Shown here: piece by piece, positions 60,391-64,000 of the stretch
Position numbering within the stretch: position 1 is the first letter of the stretch
How the letters are laid out: each line of letters starts with the position of its first letter
NCBI GenBank assembly: GCA_964016885.1
Contig: OZ024744.1
Coordinates: 88,474,001-88,538,000 of the forward strand
DNA length: 64,000 nt
Source of the DNA: Eledone cirrhosa
Taxonomy: Eukaryota
Reading direction: 5' to 3'
Notes under the pieces: model-generated
Told to the model about the DNA's origin: nothing
Seen by the model: the letters and a program-made list of their open reading frames with translations, nothing else
Databases searched by the model: none
Program-made: the position numbers and the translations under genes

Positions 60391-62104
60391 CCTCTCCAGG
60401 ACACAACAACTCGCCCTGAAGAACCTACGGAATAAGGAACTTATTTACTTACCATCCGACAAAGGTAAAGAGTTCTGCGTCATCTCTCAAGCCACATACA
60501 ATAACCTAGCCTTCGAACACCTAAGCGACAGTGAACTGTACACAGTGATCCCGGACATGACCGCAGCCCAAATCGAAAAACAGACCAACTCCATTTGGTT
60601 CGATATCTGTAGGAGAAGACAACTCCCGAATAAAATTAAACTCAACTACACCACTAGAAATAGCAGACTGCCCACTTTCTACCACCTCATCAAGACCCAC
60701 AAGAATAGCACTAAGACGCATATAAGACCCATCGTCTCTAGCATAGAAGGACCCCTATACAAAATTTCCTGGCTTCTCTCCCAGGTCCTCAAGCCTCTAC
60801 TCTCCACCTTCCCCGGACATGTCAGTAGCTCCGACGAAGTTATACGTAGATTACACCAACTCCAGCCAGAACAACTTAAACTTAATAAATACGCTTTTAG
60901 CCTCGACGTTGTCTCCCTCTACACTACAGTCCCCGCTCACCCAGCTGTCGATTTATTGACGGACTGCGTGGTCGCAGAGAACATCCACTGCTACGGCCTC
61001 CACCCGACGGACATACACCAACTTTTGTCCTTCACGGTAGACAACACGTACTTCACCTTCCACCACCACACATACAGACAGACAACAGGATTACCCATGG
61101 GATCCAGCCTCTCTGGCCTGCTGGCCATCACTTACATGAACCAGCTAGAATGCCGAGCCCTCAACACCTGCCATTCCCATGCCTTCTTCACCCGATATGT
61201 AGATGACATACTCATCCTTACATCATCCCGTGAAGAGGCAGAGAAAATATACACAACATTCTCCAGCATGGACGCCAGTATAAAGTTCAGCATTGAACAC
61301 CCCGATGACCGCGGATCCCTATCCCTGCTGGACTTCCAACTCAGGGTAACAGAGGAAGGCAACATCCACACCTGCTTCTATAAAAAATCCGCCAGCAGGG
61401 ACCTGTTCGTACATTTCAGATCGGCCCTCCCACTCGGTGCCAAGTTCGGATACATAAAGAACGAACTGGCACGTATCAAGAACAAATGCACCGACGCCAG
61501 AGACCGAGACACACACACCACACATTTCCTGGAAGTACTCAAACTGAACGGATACACGACATCCACCACAAACCGTGCCAGAAAGAACAGAGGACACCAC
61601 ACCCGAGGCACTAACACTTGCTTCCTGAAGCTCCCACACTTCAGTGAAGAAACAACAACAGCCATCCGCAGAGCCATCAGACGAGAAGGTCTGGATATTC
61701 AACTGGCCCATTCGGGTCCTTCTTTGCGTGGACGGCTAGCTAAGAGACACTCCACCAGACATGACAACTGCTGCAGACTAGCCAACTGCCCCATCAACGA
61801 CACAGACCTATGCCACCAGGCTTACGTAGTTTACAGACTAGAGTGTGACAAATGCAACAACTTCTACGTAGGTAGCACCACCAGACCACTCCACATAAGA
61901 ATAAAAGAACACCTCAATACTAACGCTTCCTCATTTAAGAAACACCTAGTTAAATGCAAAAACACTGATAAAAACATAACAGTTAGGATAGAAACTAAAG
62001 AAAGAAACCTCGGTAATCTTAGAATCAAGGAAGCACTCATTATAGATAGAACACATCCACCAATCAATAATAGACTAGAGCTCAACACCCAATTTATAAC
62101 CTGA
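60391..62104 (+). CDS. PLE RT + GIY-YIG endonuclease, uninterrupted but 5'-truncated
   Basis: PSDKG, KTHK..RPIVS, SLDVVSLYT, GLPMGS, RYVDD, VVYRLEC..C..FYVGST.R....R.KEH. Confidence 0.92.
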
Positions 62105-62481
62105 TAGGGCCTCTAGCCCCACTTTACACACCCCACACACACGCACGCACACACCCCCACTTATTCTCTCTCACACATACACACACAAAACCAGTTCTAA
62201 CACCAGATAACACCTACCCCCCACTTTTACGATTAGACCTATCTTCCCACACTCACACACACACACATACCTACACCTTCATGCTTTCTCCCACACACAT
62301 ATACAGGCACGCATATAAAATTTACATAACACAACAAAAACATAAACAAACCCCTCTTAAAGGGAGACTACTCTTTACCCACCTAATTTTAATTCTTTGA
62401 TATTAAAGTTAGAACTCTATACTATTTCCGGTCAGCATGGCTTCATTGGAAATTTAGACGCTGGTCTGAGACTTTTACTTC

Positions 62482-62516
62482 CCTCCGAAGAAGAGATATT
62501 ATCTCGAAAATTAAGG
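62482..62516 (+). ncRNA. Minimal hammerhead motif (mirror copy 59826-59860 minus)
   Basis: cct-CCGAAGA-gagat/atctc-GAAA-atta-agg. Confidence 0.65.
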
Positions 62517-62644
62517 ACATTTAAATAAATTCAAGGTGAAAGACTAATTCTCACCAATATCTCTCACTATTGCATTCTTTTTCTATGTCCATATCTGCAT
62601 TGTCTTGGCCTTATTACACATATTCTAACGTTTATATATATATA

Positions 62645-62708
<64 letters not shown>

Positions 62709-62739
62709 TATATACATATATATATATATACATATATAT

Positions 62740-62834
<95 letters not shown>

Positions 62835-62847
62835 TATATATATATAT

Positions 62848-63577
62848 CTAAGGCGGGTAAAATTCCCGAGATCCATGGACGAGTTCTCTCCAGCGGTCTC
62901 TGTCCCTCATTATCGCTGCCATGTCCTGCGTCTCCAACAGACCAGTGTCTGTGGACCGTTACAGCCTGATGAAGATCTTACAAACTTATGGAATCCCCAA
63001 GAAGATAGTGGACCTGATATCACTGCTCTACACCAACACCAAAGCCCAAGTCATTATACCTGATAGGATGACAGAGTTCTTTGAGATACTGGCTGGAGTG
63101 CTCCAGGGAGATACATTGGCTCCCTACCTTTTTATCATCGTAGTGGACTATTGTATGCGCCTTGCACTGGAGAAACACCAGGACTTTGGCTTTACTGTAG
63201 CACCGGCTAAGAGCAGGAGAGTTAGGGCGAAAAAGGTATCGGATGCTGAATTTGCCGACGACATAGTTTTGGTGACAAATACAGTGAAGGAGGCAAAGGA
63301 TTTGATGCGGGAGGTTGAGACTGTGTCGATGAGTGTGGGGCTGAGAATGAATGAGACTAAAACAAAATATCTGGTAGAGAATGTTGAGAAGCCAGAGGGG
63401 ATCACTAATGTAGGCGGGAAGCCACTGGAATTGGTTGAGGACTTCTTGCATTTGGGAGCAAAGATTGGGAATACGGAAGATGATGTGGTTGAGAGGAAGA
63501 GCAAGGCCTGGGCGGCGTGCCACAGCTTGAGATCGGTGTGGAAGTCGGACCTTCGTAGAGACCTGAAAATCCGCCTC

Positions 63578-63583
<6 letters not shown>
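62848..63583. mobile_element. RTE LINE with inversion: 3' end (minus, 62848-62952) + RT core (plus, 62948-63583)
   Basis: GVLQGDTLAPYLF, FADD, LRMNETKT; both ends abut (AT)n. Confidence 0.9.
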
Positions 63584-63650
<67 letters not shown>

Positions 63651-64000
63651 AAAAAACGAAAAATCAGTGATGCATCTAGACTCAGTTTACGAAGCCTTAA
63701 GAAGATCCCATTAAGGGCGAAAGCAGCGATTCTTTGCTTAAACTTTAATCTGTTATTTTAATAAATATTTGCTCTAGGGTTCTTATATATTTGATATATA
63801 TTTATCCTTATTGAGCCCTCTATCGATTTTAGTCTTCATATTTATTATTACTATATATATATATTAAAAGAAATTATATATATAATTTCTTTTACAACCC
63901 TACTGCTGCAATAGAATTCGTCTCTAGCTTACAATTCTCTACCCCCATTTGAACTCTTGACCAGTCAATTAACACAATCAGATATACACACACATATTTA

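Larger units (their letters stand above)
59663..62636 (+). mobile_element. 5'-truncated PLE with 685-bp inverted duplication of its 3' end
   Basis: Arms 59706-60390 / 61952-62636 appear identical; tail 59663-59705 on left only; (AT)n flanks. Confidence 0.95.

Overview
Eukaryotic, AT-rich, microsatellite-dense non-coding DNA (intronic or intergenic). The SINE and satellite content suggests an octopus/cephalopod genome (inference). No complete host gene is visible; there is one plausible spliced exon (8513-8737). Nearly all long ORFs are retroelement remnants or microsatellite artefacts. Content: four large 5'-truncated Penelope-like elements (PLE; RT + GIY-YIG; several Naiad-type) plus a fifth fused to an RTE end, and many miniature PLE derivatives carrying about 20 type I hammerhead-ribozyme motifs; restriction-like-endonuclease LINE ends in (ATAC)n; an RNase H-bearing LINE with TSD; RTE fragments; a non-autonomous Helitron; a deleted Gypsy element in a 108-bp satellite; a hAT MITE; about 20 tRNA-derived SINEs. 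Main discovery: PLE insertions in (AT)n repeatedly consist of two opposed 3' ends, one full-length (with tail) and one stopping at a fixed internal point. That point lies a few nt 5' of a covarying RCTC-[stem-loop]-bulge-GAGY RNA hairpin shared by otherwise dissimilar families. Coordinates were read by eye; boundaries are approximate unless TSDs or termini are quoted.
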